Source: Bacteroidales bacterium
GTDB lineage: Bacteria > Bacteroidota > Bacteroidia > Bacteroidales > UBA3663
Assembly (NCBI GenBank): GCA_045629225.1
Contig: JAZQQU010000023.1
Coordinates: 14,257 to 78,256 of the forward strand
Direction: 5' to 3'
Length of the DNA: 64,000 bases
The notes below the pieces were generated by a model that saw nothing but the letters and a program-made list of their open reading frames with translations, did not search any database and was not told where the DNA came from. Shown piece by piece: positions 42,112 to 52,341 of the stretch. A program made the position numbers and the translations under genes. The stretch's first letter is position 1. The number at the start of each line of letters is the position of its first letter.

Positions 42112-42882
42112 TTATTCGTTTGGGACAAGCTGCAACTGAGTGGTATCAGAGACCTGCTCTTCCTGGAACATCTTCATGTATGCCTCCATCTGACGCATAT
42201 AGTCAAGGCGGCTGCGGAATAGCTGGCTGTTGCGGATCTCCTCTGGATATTCTTCCAGAATCTCGAGCAGTTCGTCAGACGTCTGCACCTGCGATGTGAT
42301 ATAATTGACTACATACTGAGCTCCAAAAGTACCTTCATTGGCGGTGTAGAACGAGTCGAGCAGCTGAGTGGTCTGGCTCATGAAGTCCATATAGATAGGC
42401 ATCATGATGCTATCTGCAAGTTGTTCACCTCCGTTCTGCTCTGTGAGTTCTGCCAAATAGTTATAGACATCCTCCTGAAGGTTCTGTATGGTTACATCGA
42501 GGTCGGTCATCAGATCGTTGGTCGATGTTCCTGAAGCGGTAAGCGAAGAGGCATCTATCGTTACCTGAATATCGCCTGGTTCTACCGCAATCATTCCTAC
42601 GCAGATATCGTTGGCCAGATAGACATAGAAGGGGTTTCGGTCATCGATATTGCCTGTAAAGACGAACTGATTGTCCGATATTTCTACCGAATCAAGAGGT
42701 GTACCGTCAAGATCGAGCATATAAACTTGCCAGCCCTCGAACGAAGGGGTTGCAATCATAGTGTCGCCTAACTGCAGGGAGTCAGGCATATCGATAGTTC
42801 CGCTAATCGTGTAGGGCTTATCGTGTGAACAAGAAGCTACCAATGCCAAGGTGGCAACAAGAGCTAAGGGAGTTTTTCGCAT
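42112..42882 (-). CDS. DUF4369-like lipoprotein
   Basis: VASC lipobox, YTISG, DSVEI...F.FTG, EPGDI, SGT..ND. Confidence 0.65.
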   Translation of the reverse strand: MRKTPLALVATLALVASCSHDKPYTISGTIDMPDSLQLGDTMIATPSFEGWQVYMLDLDGTPLDSVEISDNQFVFTGNIDDRNPFYVYLANDICVGMIAVEPGDIQVTIDASSLTASGTSTNDLMTDLDVTIQNLQEDVYNYLAELTEQNGGEQLADSIMMPIYMDFMSQTTQLLDSFYTANEGTFGAQYVVNYITSQVQTSDELLEILEEYPEEIRNSQLFRSRLDYMRQMEAYMKMFQEEQVSDTTQLQLVPNE

Positions 42883-42996
42883 TGGGTGAAATTTTATTCA
42901 AGTATCGTTGAAGATTACTTAAAGGATAATAGTATATGTTAAAACTATAAGGATTTATGTCTTATCGCAGTGTTTGGAGATTTGATTCGAAGGTTT

Positions 42997-43563
42997 CTAC
43001 ACCTTCAATTTCTGTAGTTGTGCATAGACTTTCTGCACAGGCAGCCCCATCACATTAAAGTATGATCCTTCCAGACGTTCAACGCCAACATAACCGATCC
43101 ATTCCTGAATGCCATAGGCACCGGCTTTGTCGAATGGACGATAGTGCTCAATGTAATAATCGATCTGTTCGTCTGAAAGAATAGAGAATGTGACATCTGT
43201 GCCACACACAAACTCGATGTGGTCAATAGCACTGCGAAGACACACAGCAGTATAGACCTGATGGGTTCGTCCACTCAGTGCCCGAAGCATACGATGAGCA
43301 TCAGCAGCGTCATGGGGTTTGCCCATCTCTTCGCCATTGCACCAAACAATTGTGTCCGATGTCACCAACACTTCGCCTGGTTTCAGCTCCAAGTCGTAAG
43401 CACTCATTTTGAGTTTAGCAATGTGCATCGGAATGTCTGCACCCTGCAGATGAAGGGGATGCGTTTCGTCGATTTCACGCAACTTTACTACCTCCATGGG
43501 GATATCCAAGCCAGCTAGTAGTTCTCGACGTCGTGGGCTGTTGCTTGCTAACAGTAATTTCAT
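42997..43563 (-). CDS. maf: Maf family nucleotide pyrophosphatase
   Basis: LASNSPRRRELL, SDTIV, GKP, DKAGAYGIQ, NVMGLP. Confidence 0.95.
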   Translation of the reverse strand: MKLLLASNSPRRRELLAGLDIPMEVVKLREIDETHPLHLQGADIPMHIAKLKMSAYDLELKPGEVLVTSDTIVWCNGEEMGKPHDAADAHRMLRALSGRTHQVYTAVCLRSAIDHIEFVCGTDVTFSILSDEQIDYYIEHYRPFDKAGAYGIQEWIGYVGVERLEGSYFNVMGLPVQKVYAQLQKLKV

Positions 43564-43578
43564 GATCCTATTTTCTGT

Positions 43579-44097
43579 TTACCAGCCAAAAGCTTTGGCA
43601 TTTGACATCCACTTACCTTGAGCTTTCAGCACCTGCTCTATAACGTCACGGGCTGCACCATAGCCACCATCAAAGGGACTCACGTACAAACTGATTTCCT
43701 TGATTTCAGGAGCTGCATCTGCAGGACACACTGGCAGACCTACCTCTTGCATCACCTCAAAGTCTGGAATGTCATCACCCATGTACAATACCTCATCGGG
43801 ATTGACGCCTGTACGATTCATCAGATCATGCAGGTCATGAATCTTGATTGCAGAACCTATGTAGATATGCTGCACATGCAGGTATTCGTAACGCTTGCGT
43901 ACCTGTTCGCCCTTGCCGCCTGTGATGATACCCATTTGGAGTCCCATCTTCACAGCCAGTTGCATGGCATAGCCGTCCTTGATATTCAAAGTACGCAAGG
44001 GCTGGCCTTCGGCGTCCATGGGTATCGTATTGGCCGACAACACACCATCAACGTCAAAGACCAGCGCCTTTATTTTGGTTAAGTCGTAATTAATCAA
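43579..44097 (-). CDS. kdsC: KDO 8-phosphate phosphatase-like HAD enzyme
   Basis: [29 protein letters not shown]. Confidence 0.88.
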   Translation of the reverse strand: MINYDLTKIKALVFDVDGVLSANTIPMDAEGQPLRTLNIKDGYAMQLAVKMGLQMGIITGGKGEQVRKRYEYLHVQHIYIGSAIKIHDLHDLMNRTGVNPDEVLYMGDDIPDFEVMQEVGLPVCPADAAPEIKEISLYVSPFDGGYGAARDVIEQVLKAQGKWMSNAKAFGW

Positions 44098-44202
44098 TTT
44101 ACGATTAAAGATTTATTAATGTAAAATCTCCGTCTACGAATGCAGTATACTGTTTTGCTGCATAATATTCTATTCGAAAATTCTTACATTCTATATTTAC
44201 AT

Positions 44203-45225
44203 TTAATCGATCACGGTCACCCAACCATGGATATCTTCAATGTCACCATACTGGATGCCACGAAGGTGGTTGTAGAGCTGGGTGCAGATAGGACCTGGCT
44301 TCGAATCCTCCAGGATATTGTAGGTCTTATTCTCGTCGAGGTCGTCGATCTTGTAGATTGGAGCAATGACTGCTGCTGTGCCACACATGGCAGCCTCGTC
44401 GAGATAAGAGAGTTCCTCCACTGGCATGGGGCGAACCTCAACCTTATATCCGAGATCACGGCAGACCTGCTGGATAGACATGTTTGTGATTGAAGGCAGG
44501 ATTGATTCCGAATCAGGGGTTACGTATGTATTGCCCTTGAAGCCGAAGAAGTTAGCAGGACCACACTCGTCAATAAACTTCTTGCTACGTGCATCCAGGT
44601 AGATTACAGCAGCATAACCCTTCTCATGAGCCAGTACACCCGAAGCGAGCGATGCAGCATAGTTGCCACCCACCTTCACACGGCCAGTGCCGAGTGGAGC
44701 TGCACGGTCATAACCACGCATAATGCAGCATGGAGTAGCCTTGAAGCCATCCTTGAAGTAGGGACCTACTGGCATGACAAAGATGATGAATTCATACTGG
44801 TCGGCTGGCGACACACCTACCTGTGGGCCTGTACCGAACAGCACAGGACGAATATACATTGAGCAGCCGGTCTCGTAAGGAGGAACCAGATCCTCGTTGA
44901 GCTTCACGACCTTTTTCACAGCCTCCTCAAAAAGTCCGTCAGGCAATGGCTGCATCAAAATGGTACGACAAGTATTCTGCATACGCTTGGCGTTTTCATC
45001 GATGCGGAACACACGAATCTTGCCATCCTTGCCTCTAAAAGCCTTCAGACCCTCAAAGCCAGCCTGACCATAATGGAGCACAGTGGCAGCCATGTGCATG
45101 GTTACCTCTTCGCTCTCCGATACTCTCAATTCACCCCAAGCACCATCTTTATAGGTGCAACGCACATTGTAAGGAGCCTTGCGATAGCCAAAGCCAAGTG
45201 AGCTCCAATCGATCTGTTCTGCCAT
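44203..45225 (-). CDS. ilvE: Branched-chain amino acid aminotransferase
   Basis: LHYGQ..FEGLKA, YIRP, KVGGNYA, ILPSIT, CGTAAVIAP; ATG 45225 downstream of a TAACTTTGCA promoter. Confidence 0.95.
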   Translation of the reverse strand: MAEQIDWSSLGFGYRKAPYNVRCTYKDGAWGELRVSESEEVTMHMAATVLHYGQAGFEGLKAFRGKDGKIRVFRIDENAKRMQNTCRTILMQPLPDGLFEEAVKKVVKLNEDLVPPYETGCSMYIRPVLFGTGPQVGVSPADQYEFIIFVMPVGPYFKDGFKATPCCIMRGYDRAAPLGTGRVKVGGNYAASLASGVLAHEKGYAAVIYLDARSKKFIDECGPANFFGFKGNTYVTPDSESILPSITNMSIQQVCRDLGYKVEVRPMPVEELSYLDEAAMCGTAAVIAPIYKIDDLDENKTYNILEDSKPGPICTQLYNHLRGIQYGDIEDIHGWVTVID

Positions 45226-45357
45226 AGTTATTATGAGTTTCTTTAGTTTAAATCGCTGCAAAGTTAATGAAAATATCTTTATGTTGCTCATTTTTGATGG
45301 CAAAAAATGTCTTTATAGCCCAAAAAAAATGTTTTTGGACAAAAAATGACAAGAAAA

Positions 45358-45572
45358 TTTGGTCGATATGCAAATAAATATTATCTTTGCACCCGCTTTT
45401 TGAAATTAACATCTAAAAGTCCGAACGCAATAACTGGGAGTAAGACTCCAATACAAGGTGAGCATTCAGCAAGCAGTTGCCGCAAGGTTTCAGGCAAGCA
45501 AGGACTGTGCGATGGTAGATTGCCAAAAGCAATTAGAGTAACACATTATTAATTTACAAAAAACAAAACAAC
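45358..45572 (+). promoter_or_regulatory. rplY promoter and ~175-nt structured leader with 5S rRNA loop E-like hairpin
   Basis: TTTG 45358-61, N20, TATCTTTG 45382-89; hairpin TGTG-C-GATGGTAG-ATTGC-CAAAA-GCAAT-T-AGAGTA-A-CACA at 45506-45545. Confidence 0.6.
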
Positions 45573-46130
45573 ATGAAGGAGTATTCACTCTGCGGCACCA
45601 AGCGTGCCGAGTCAGGCAAGAAGGCTGCTAAGCAGCTTCGTGCTCAGGGCCTCATCCCATGCAACCTCATCTCTAAGGAGGGTGCTGTTTCTTTCACCGT
45701 TAAGGCTACTGACGTTCGTAACCTTATCTACACTTCTCAGGTCTATGCCGTAAACCTCAACATCGATGGTGCTGAGTGCAAGGCTATCATCAAGGAGTCT
45801 CAGTTCGGTCCAGTCAACGAGGAGTTGCTGCACCTTGACTTCCTCAAGTTCAATGCTGAGGAGCCAATCACTGTTGCTATCCCTGTTAAGCTTGAGGGTT
45901 TTGCTGAGGGTGTTAAGGCTGGTGGTAAGTTGGTTAAGCAGGTTCGTAACCTTACCGTCAAGGGTCTCTACACCAACATCCCTGAGCGTCTCGTTGTTGA
46001 CGTTACCCCAATCGAGCTCGGCAAGACCATGAACGTGGCTGCTCTGAGTTACGAGAACCTCGAGATTCTCAATGCCAAGAGCGTAATCGTTGCTGGTGTT
46101 AAGGCTACTCGTGCTTCACGCAACAAGTAA
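45573..46130 (+). CDS. rplY: 50S ribosomal protein L25/Ctc
   Basis: GKKAAKQLRAQGLIP, LLHLDF, GVKAGG; strongly biased codon usage. Confidence 0.96.
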   Translation: MKEYSLCGTKRAESGKKAAKQLRAQGLIPCNLISKEGAVSFTVKATDVRNLIYTSQVYAVNLNIDGAECKAIIKESQFGPVNEELLHLDFLKFNAEEPITVAIPVKLEGFAEGVKAGGKLVKQVRNLTVKGLYTNIPERLVVDVTPIELGKTMNVAALSYENLEILNAKSVIVAGVKATRASRNK

Positions 46131-46174
46131 TCGAGCCTCTGATTCCCTCACTGGGGGTCATTCATTCGAAACAG

Positions 46175-46211
46175 TCCTCTTCCCTCCCATTGAGGGAGGA
46201 GGATTTTTTTT
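46175..46211 (+). terminator. Intrinsic terminator after rplY
   Basis: TCCTCTTCCCTC-CCATT-GAGGGAGGAGGA followed by T8. Confidence 0.8.
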
Positions 46212-46225
46212 AATTTTTCGATCTT

Positions 46226-46789
46226 ATGAAATTCCTTATCGTTGGCCTCGGCAACATTGGCGAAGAGTACTGGGGCACACGTCACAACATAGGCTTCCGT
46301 GTGGTTAATGCCTTGGCAGAAGCTCACGATGCCCGCTTTGAAGATAACCGTTATGGTGCCACCTGCGAGTTCCGCGTCAAGAATCAGCAGCTCTTGCTTC
46401 TCAAGCCAAGCACCTACATGAACCTTTCGGGCAATGCTGTTCGCTATTGGATGCAAGAGGAGAAAATTGCCCTCGACCACGTACTCATCATCTGCGATGA
46501 GATCAACCTTCCTTTTGGTGCCTTACGTATGCGTCAGAAAGGCTCAGATGGCGGACACAATGGTCTCAAGGACATCATCGCTAAGTGTGGAGGTCAGAAC
46601 TTTGCCCGACTACGATTTGGCGTAGGTGGTGACTTTCCTAAGGGGGCTCAGGTCAACTGGGTACTCGGCCATTTCCCTCAGGAGGAGGAAGACAAGATGC
46701 CCGAACGTCTCGAAGTCAGCACCAAGTTCATCGAGGAGTTCTGCCTGGGTGGTGTGGTTAATGCAATGAACAGATACAACGGCAAATAA
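46226..46789 (+). CDS. pth: Peptidyl-tRNA hydrolase
   Basis: [30 protein letters not shown]. Confidence 0.97.
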   Translation: MKFLIVGLGNIGEEYWGTRHNIGFRVVNALAEAHDARFEDNRYGATCEFRVKNQQLLLLKPSTYMNLSGNAVRYWMQEEKIALDHVLIICDEINLPFGALRMRQKGSDGGHNGLKDIIAKCGGQNFARLRFGVGGDFPKGAQVNWVLGHFPQEEEDKMPERLEVSTKFIEEFCLGGVVNAMNRYNGK

Positions 46790-46824
46790 TGTCCACTATT
46801 ATTAATATTAAGTAAATACTTCGC

Positions 46825-47280
46825 ATGAACGAAGTCCGTATAGATAAATGGCTTTGGGCTGTGCGTATCTTCAAGACACGCACCATTGCCTCAGATGCCT
46901 GTAAGCTGGGCCGTGTCACCATCGGCGGTCAGCGTATCAAACCCTCAAAGATGGTAAAGGTTGGCGAAGTGATCGATGTGAAAAAGCCACCTATCACCTA
47001 TTCGTTTAAGGTTTTGGCACTCTCTGAGAACCGCATGGGAGCTAAGCTGGTGCCTGGTTTTATGGAGAACGTCACTAAGCAGGAGCAGCTCGATCTGCTG
47101 GAGATGAACCGTATTTCAGGTTTCATCGATCGTGCAAAAGGCATGGGACGACCCACCAAGAAAGACCGTCGCGATATGGACGATTTCTCAACGCCCGAAT
47201 ATGTTGATGAATTTGATTTCAGCCTCGAGGATTTGGACGAATTCGATGCAGAAGACTGGAATGAAATCATGAACAAATAA
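46825..47280 (+). CDS. hslR: Ribosome-associated heat shock protein Hsp15 (S4 domain)
   Basis: RIDKWLWAVRIFKTR, GRPTKKDRR. Confidence 0.9.
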   Translation: MNEVRIDKWLWAVRIFKTRTIASDACKLGRVTIGGQRIKPSKMVKVGEVIDVKKPPITYSFKVLALSENRMGAKLVPGFMENVTKQEQLDLLEMNRISGFIDRAKGMGRPTKKDRRDMDDFSTPEYVDEFDFSLEDLDEFDAEDWNEIMNK

Positions 47281-47342
47281 AAAAGAAGGTCGTCTCACGA
47301 CGACCATCTTCACTAACCTTAAATCTTATACCATGAAAAACA
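47279..47342 (-). ncRNA. Candidate ~64-nt small RNA (resembles Bacteroides paralogous FopS-like sRNAs, from memory)
   Basis: TTTG(47376-79)-N20-TATCTTTG(47348-55); body GUUUUUCAUGGUAUAAGAUUUAAGGUUAG; terminator GGUCGUC-GUGA-GACGACC + U-tract. Confidence 0.7.
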
Positions 47343-47396
47343 CGATGCAAAGATAGGGCCTTTTTCCTATATTTGCAAATTTATACATATAATTTA

Positions 47397-49016
47397 ATGA
47401 CAATGATCCAAAAACAAACCCAAGAATCACTCATTTGCCATTTAGAACTACCAATCTTTGAGGTAAAAGATGTTGTAAAACATAAAAAATCAATCTTCCG
47501 CATCATTGGTGAAGAGGCAGACAAACTCGGACGCGAATGTTATGTGATCGGAGGCTTCGTTCGTGACATTTTCCTGGGCCGACCCTCAAAGGACATTGAC
47601 TGCGTGACCGTGGGCAGTGGTATCGAATTGGCTGAGGCACTGACTGAACGCTTGGGCAGACGTTATACTCATCTGGCTGTCTATCGCAACTTTGGCACAG
47701 CACAGGTCAAGCACACGGAACGTAACAATCATACGGGTGAAGTGACTGAGATGGAGATTGAGTTTGTTGGTGCGCGTCGTGAATCATACAGCCATGACAG
47801 CCGTAAGCCTGTGGTCGAAGATGGCACACTCGAAGACGATCAGAATCGTCGTGACCTCACAATCAACGATCTTGCCATCTGTCTGAACCACGACCGCTTT
47901 GGCGAACTCATCGACCCTTTCCATGGTGTTGACGATCTTCAAGCTGGCTTGGTACGTACTCCTCTCGATCCGGACATCACCTTTAGCGACGATCCCCTTC
48001 GCATGTTACGTGCCATTCGCTTTGCCTGTCGTTTCGACTTCAAGATTGTGCCCGAGACGTTTGAAGCCATCGCACGAAACCGTGATCGTATCAAGATCAT
48101 CTCCGGTGAACGCATCATCGATGAACTCAATAAGATCATGCTCTGCGATCATCCCTCCACGGGTTGGACTCTCCTGCAGCGTTGTGGATTGCTCCAGATT
48201 ATATTCCCCGAACTGCAAGCCCTCAGTGGCATCGAGAATCGCGAGGGCCGAGGCCATAAGGACAACTTCGTCCACACGCTCACTGTTCTCGACAATGTCT
48301 GTCGGGCTCAGAGCAACGCAAATGTGCAATCCAAAAATGAGGAATCCGCAATCTCAGAGGAGGCTGATGAAAACAATTTCTCATGCCAAGATGCACAATC
48401 CTCTTCCGCTGAACAAACCTTCGACAAGAGACTCTATCTGCGTTGGGCTGCCATCTTCCACGACCTCGGCAAGGCCAAAGTGAAGCTCTATGACGAGAAG
48501 CTCGGCTGGACTTTCCATAATCATGACTACGTTGGCATGCGCATGGTTCTCCCCATTTTCCGACGTCTCAAACTCCCCCTGGGAGCCGAGGAGAAGTACG
48601 TAGAGAAGCTCGTAGGCATGCACATGCGTCCCATCCATCTGGCCGACGAAGGCATCACAGACTCAGCCATTCGTCGTGTTATGTTCGAAGCCGGAGACGA
48701 TACGGACGACCTCATGACACTCTGCGAAGCCGACATCACCTCAAAGATTCCTGAGAAAGTGCGTCGTTTTCTTGACAACTTCAAGATTGTGCGCCAGAAG
48801 ATGGAAGAGATCCAGGCCAAGGATGACTATCGCAACTGGACTCCTCCCGTTGATGGCAACGAGATCATGGAGCGCTACAACCTTCGCCCATCACGTGAAG
48901 TGGGACTATTGCGCGAAGCCCAGAAGGATGCCATCCTCGACGGCCTTTGCGAAAACACACGCGATGCTGCTCTTGCCTTCCTCGATGCCAAAGCACGGGA
49001 ATTAAACATTTTTTAA
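47397..49016 (+). CDS. cca: CCA tRNA nucleotidyltransferase / poly(A) polymerase family with HD domain
   Basis: GGFVRD, DID, RRDLTIN, DDPLRMLRAIRF, HDLGK. Confidence 0.9.
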   Translation: MTMIQKQTQESLICHLELPIFEVKDVVKHKKSIFRIIGEEADKLGRECYVIGGFVRDIFLGRPSKDIDCVTVGSGIELAEALTERLGRRYTHLAVYRNFGTAQVKHTERNNHTGEVTEMEIEFVGARRESYSHDSRKPVVEDGTLEDDQNRRDLTINDLAICLNHDRFGELIDPFHGVDDLQAGLVRTPLDPDITFSDDPLRMLRAIRFACRFDFKIVPETFEAIARNRDRIKIISGERIIDELNKIMLCDHPSTGWTLLQRCGLLQIIFPELQALSGIENREGRGHKDNFVHTLTVLDNVCRAQSNANVQSKNEESAISEEADENNFSCQDAQSSSAEQTFDKRLYLRWAAIFHDLGKAKVKLYDEKLGWTFHNHDYVGMRMVLPIFRRLKLPLGAEEKYVEKLVGMHMRPIHLADEGITDSAIRRVMFEAGDDTDDLMTLCEADITSKIPEKVRRFLDNFKIVRQKMEEIQAKDDYRNWTPPVDGNEIMERYNLRPSREVGLLREAQKDAILDGLCENTRDAALAFLDAKARELNIF

Positions 49017-49071
49017 TATACAAAAGAATAAAAGAACTCCATGTGAGTTCAACATTTGTTTTATTTCTCCT

Positions 49072-50151
49072 ATGGACCAGCAAGTTCTCTTCACCAACGA
49101 TATCTGTCAGGCCCTCACAGACTTCACTACACAGATTGCTCACGACCGCCTGTTCATCCTGTTCGACACCACTACACTCAAGTATTGTCTGCCAGTCATT
49201 GCACCCTTCATGAATCAGTATGAGGTGGAACATCCTGGCCGCAAGGTCGAAACTATCATCATTGAGGCTACCGACCAGGCCAAGACCATACAGTCGCTCA
49301 CCGAAGTGTGGCAGTCGCTTAGTGATCATCATGCTACGCGTCACTCCCTACTTATCAATGTCGGAGGTGGCATGATTACCGACTTGGGTGGCTTCGCAGC
49401 AGCCACTTTCAAGCGTGGCATCAAGTTCATCAATGTCACCACCACCCTGCTTGGTGCTGTCGATGCCGCTGTTGGTGGTAAGACGGGAATCAACCTCGGC
49501 TCGCTCAAGAACGAAGTTGGTGCCTTTGCTCCTGCCCAAGCTGTGTTAATCTCTACTCGTTTCTTTGAGACCCTCGACCGCGAGAACCTCCTCTCTGGCT
49601 ATGCTGAGATGCTCAAGCATGGTCTTCTTTCCGACCGTCAGCATCTCTCCGCTCTCTTGGCCTACGACATTCAGCATTGGGACAACCCCACACTCCTCCC
49701 TCTGCTTGAGACCTCGGTCAACGTGAAACGTCAGGTGGTTCGTCAGGACCCTTACGAACAGGGTCTTCGCAAGGCTCTTAATCTCGGCCACACATTTGGC
49801 CATGCTTTTGAGACTTGGTGCATGCGTCAGGGTCATCCCGTACTCCATGGCTATGCTGTAGCCTGGGGTTTGGTCTGTGAACTCATCATGAGTCAGCAGC
49901 AGGTAGGCTTCCCCAGCCAGACACTGCACACCATTGCACAGTATGTTCGTGACAACTATGGCCCTCTCCAGTTCACCTGCGATGACTACGATGACCTCTA
50001 TGAGCTCATGACCCATGACAAGAAGAACGAGGGAGGTGACATCAACTTCACCCTCATGCTCAACACTGGCGATGTAGCCCTCAACCACACTGCCAATCGT
50101 GAACAGATAGCTATCACCCTCGACATCTATCGTGACCTGATGGGCATCTGA
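49072..50151 (+). CDS. aroB: 3-dehydroquinate synthase
   Basis: GGGMITDLGGF, DAAVGGKTG, LNLGHTFGHA, HGYAV, DKK. Confidence 0.96.
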   Translation: MDQQVLFTNDICQALTDFTTQIAHDRLFILFDTTTLKYCLPVIAPFMNQYEVEHPGRKVETIIIEATDQAKTIQSLTEVWQSLSDHHATRHSLLINVGGGMITDLGGFAAATFKRGIKFINVTTTLLGAVDAAVGGKTGINLGSLKNEVGAFAPAQAVLISTRFFETLDRENLLSGYAEMLKHGLLSDRQHLSALLAYDIQHWDNPTLLPLLETSVNVKRQVVRQDPYEQGLRKALNLGHTFGHAFETWCMRQGHPVLHGYAVAWGLVCELIMSQQQVGFPSQTLHTIAQYVRDNYGPLQFTCDDYDDLYELMTHDKKNEGGDINFTLMLNTGDVALNHTANREQIAITLDIYRDLMGI

Positions 50152-50169
50152 CGAAATCTCGACACTACT

Positions 50170-52341
50170 ATGGAGCAGAACAACCTTGATTTAGCCTACA
50201 ATTATGCACAATATACCCGCAGGAACATCTTCCTTACGGGCAAGGCTGGTACGGGCAAGACCACCTTTTTGCGACGACTGCAGAACGAGACCAGCAAGCG
50301 TATGATCGTGGTAGCTCCTACGGGTGTGGCTGCCATTAATGCGGGTGGTGTCACGATTCACTCGTTCTTCCAGCTGGCCCCGGGCTTGTATCTGCCAGGG
50401 CAGACCATTGGCGGCAGGGATCAAAAGTCAAAGTATTCGTTCTCAAAGCATAAGCTCAACATTCTTCGTTCTCTGGATCTGCTGGTAATCGACGAGGTTT
50501 CGATGGTGCGTTGCGACCTGCTCGATGCCATCGACGAGGTGCTGCGTCGTTACCAGAACCGCAATCTGCCTTTCGGTGGAGTTCAGCTGCTACTGATAGG
50601 CGATCTCCAGCAGCTGGCCCCCGTGGCTAAGGAGGACGAATGGTTGCTCTTGCGTAATGCCGGTTACCAGACGCCCTACTTCTTCGGCTCACAGGCACTC
50701 AACCGTACCAACTACACGACCATTGAGCTGACCAAAGTCTTTCGCCAGTCCGACCCTACTTTCGTCAATATGCTCAACCAGGTGCGCGACAACCGCATTG
50801 ATGCCCGTACTTTCGAGCTGCTCAACAGCCGCTATCTACCTGGTTTCAAACCGAAAGACAAGGACGGCTACATCACGCTGACCACCCACAACTATCAGGC
50901 ACAGGACATCAATCGCATGGAGCTGATGCTGCTGCCTTCACCTCCGATGACCTATAGTGCAGAGGTCAAGGGTGAGTTCCCCGAAATGTCGTACCCCACC
51001 GACGAGCAACTGGAGCTGAAGGTGGGGGCACAGGTGATGTTCTGCAAGAACGACCCTGGCAGACAATACTATAACGGCAAGATTGGCCAAGTGGTGAAGT
51101 GCGACGACGAACGTGTCTGGGTACGTTGCAACCCCGACTCGCTCGACCCCAACGGTTCGGAAGAAAAGATCATCGAGGTGACGCCTCAGGAATGGACCAA
51201 CGCCAAATACAAGACCGACACTTCGACCGGAGAGATCAGCGAAGAGGTTGTAGGTTCCTTCACCCAGATCCCCCTCAAGACCGCTTGGGCCATCACCATA
51301 CACAAGAGTCAGGGTCTCACCTTCGACCGTGCAATCATCAACGCAGGTCAGGCATTCAGCCCTGGTCAGGTGTATGTTGCTTTGTCACGTTGCCGCACGT
51401 TGGAGGGGCTGGTGCTGAGCACACCCATCCCACCTGGGGTAATTTCGGTCGATCCGCAGGTGCTGCAGTTCAACCAGATGCAAGTGGCTCCTACGGCCGA
51501 GGATCTGCGTCGTGATCGTCAGCAGTTCGTACTCGACATCCTTTGTCAGGTGTTCAACTTCGACCAGTTGCAGATGCGACTCAACTATGTGGTACGACTG
51601 ATGGACGAACACCTCTCACGTCAATATCCGCACAAGGTCAATTCGGCCAAGCAGATCTGCACAGCGGTCAACGAGCAACTGACGCTGGTAGGCCACACCT
51701 TCCAGAACCAGATACGTCAGCTCATGCCACAAGCCGAGGACTATGAGCACAACCTTGTTCTGCAAGAACGATTCTCCAAGGGCAACACCTACTATCTGAA
51801 CCACACAGCCGACCTGCTCCAGGACTTCATCGAGAATGGTTTGCCCGAGATAGACAACCAGACACATCGCGAACAGTTGGAACGTGAGTTCCAGATGCTG
51901 GAGAGCGACTACACGCTCAAAATCACCCTCTTCACCCGATTCAGCACCAAGGGCTTCTCACTCAACGACTACTGGGATGCCAAAGCCATAGCCACCATGG
52001 ACCCCGAAGCCAAGAAGGAACAGCGAGAGAAGGCCGAACGTGCCGCAGCTCGCAAGAAGAAACGTGAGGAGAAGAAGGCCGAAGCCAAGGTCAGCGTTTC
52101 GGAGGATGACGACATCCAGAACCAGGCACTCTTCGATGCACTCAAGGCTTGGCGCATCAAGAAGTCCATCATCCTGAAGGTACCACCCCCCTATATCATG
52201 CACAACGCCACCATGATTGCCATAGCCAACAACAAGCCCATGAACGAGAAAGAACTCCTCCGAATGCCAGGAGTAGGCAAGAAGGTGCTCGAAGCCTTCG
52301 GCAAGGAAATCCTCGAAATAGTTGGACGAGCAATCAAATAA
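50170..52341 (+). CDS. Pif1/RecD-like SF1B helicase with C-terminal HRDC domain
   Basis: TGKAGTGKT, APTGVAA, IDEVSM, GDLQQL, AITIHKSQGLT, YVALSR; HRDC LFDALKAWR...PGVG. Confidence 0.92.
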   Translation: MEQNNLDLAYNYAQYTRRNIFLTGKAGTGKTTFLRRLQNETSKRMIVVAPTGVAAINAGGVTIHSFFQLAPGLYLPGQTIGGRDQKSKYSFSKHKLNILRSLDLLVIDEVSMVRCDLLDAIDEVLRRYQNRNLPFGGVQLLLIGDLQQLAPVAKEDEWLLLRNAGYQTPYFFGSQALNRTNYTTIELTKVFRQSDPTFVNMLNQVRDNRIDARTFELLNSRYLPGFKPKDKDGYITLTTHNYQAQDINRMELMLLPSPPMTYSAEVKGEFPEMSYPTDEQLELKVGAQVMFCKNDPGRQYYNGKIGQVVKCDDERVWVRCNPDSLDPNGSEEKIIEVTPQEWTNAKYKTDTSTGEISEEVVGSFTQIPLKTAWAITIHKSQGLTFDRAIINAGQAFSPGQVYVALSRCRTLEGLVLSTPIPPGVISVDPQVLQFNQMQVAPTAEDLRRDRQQFVLDILCQVFNFDQLQMRLNYVVRLMDEHLSRQYPHKVNSAKQICTAVNEQLTLVGHTFQNQIRQLMPQAEDYEHNLVLQERFSKGNTYYLNHTADLLQDFIENGLPEIDNQTHREQLEREFQMLESDYTLKITLFTRFSTKGFSLNDYWDAKAIATMDPEAKKEQREKAERAAARKKKREEKKAEAKVSVSEDDDIQNQALFDALKAWRIKKSIILKVPPPYIMHNATMIAIANNKPMNEKELLRMPGVGKKVLEAFGKEILEIVGRAIK

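Noticed and set aside
45396-45545. A 5S rRNA gene or pseudogene upstream of rplY
   Set aside because: Only the loop E strands (and a short CCGAAC) match; the other 5S helices are absent
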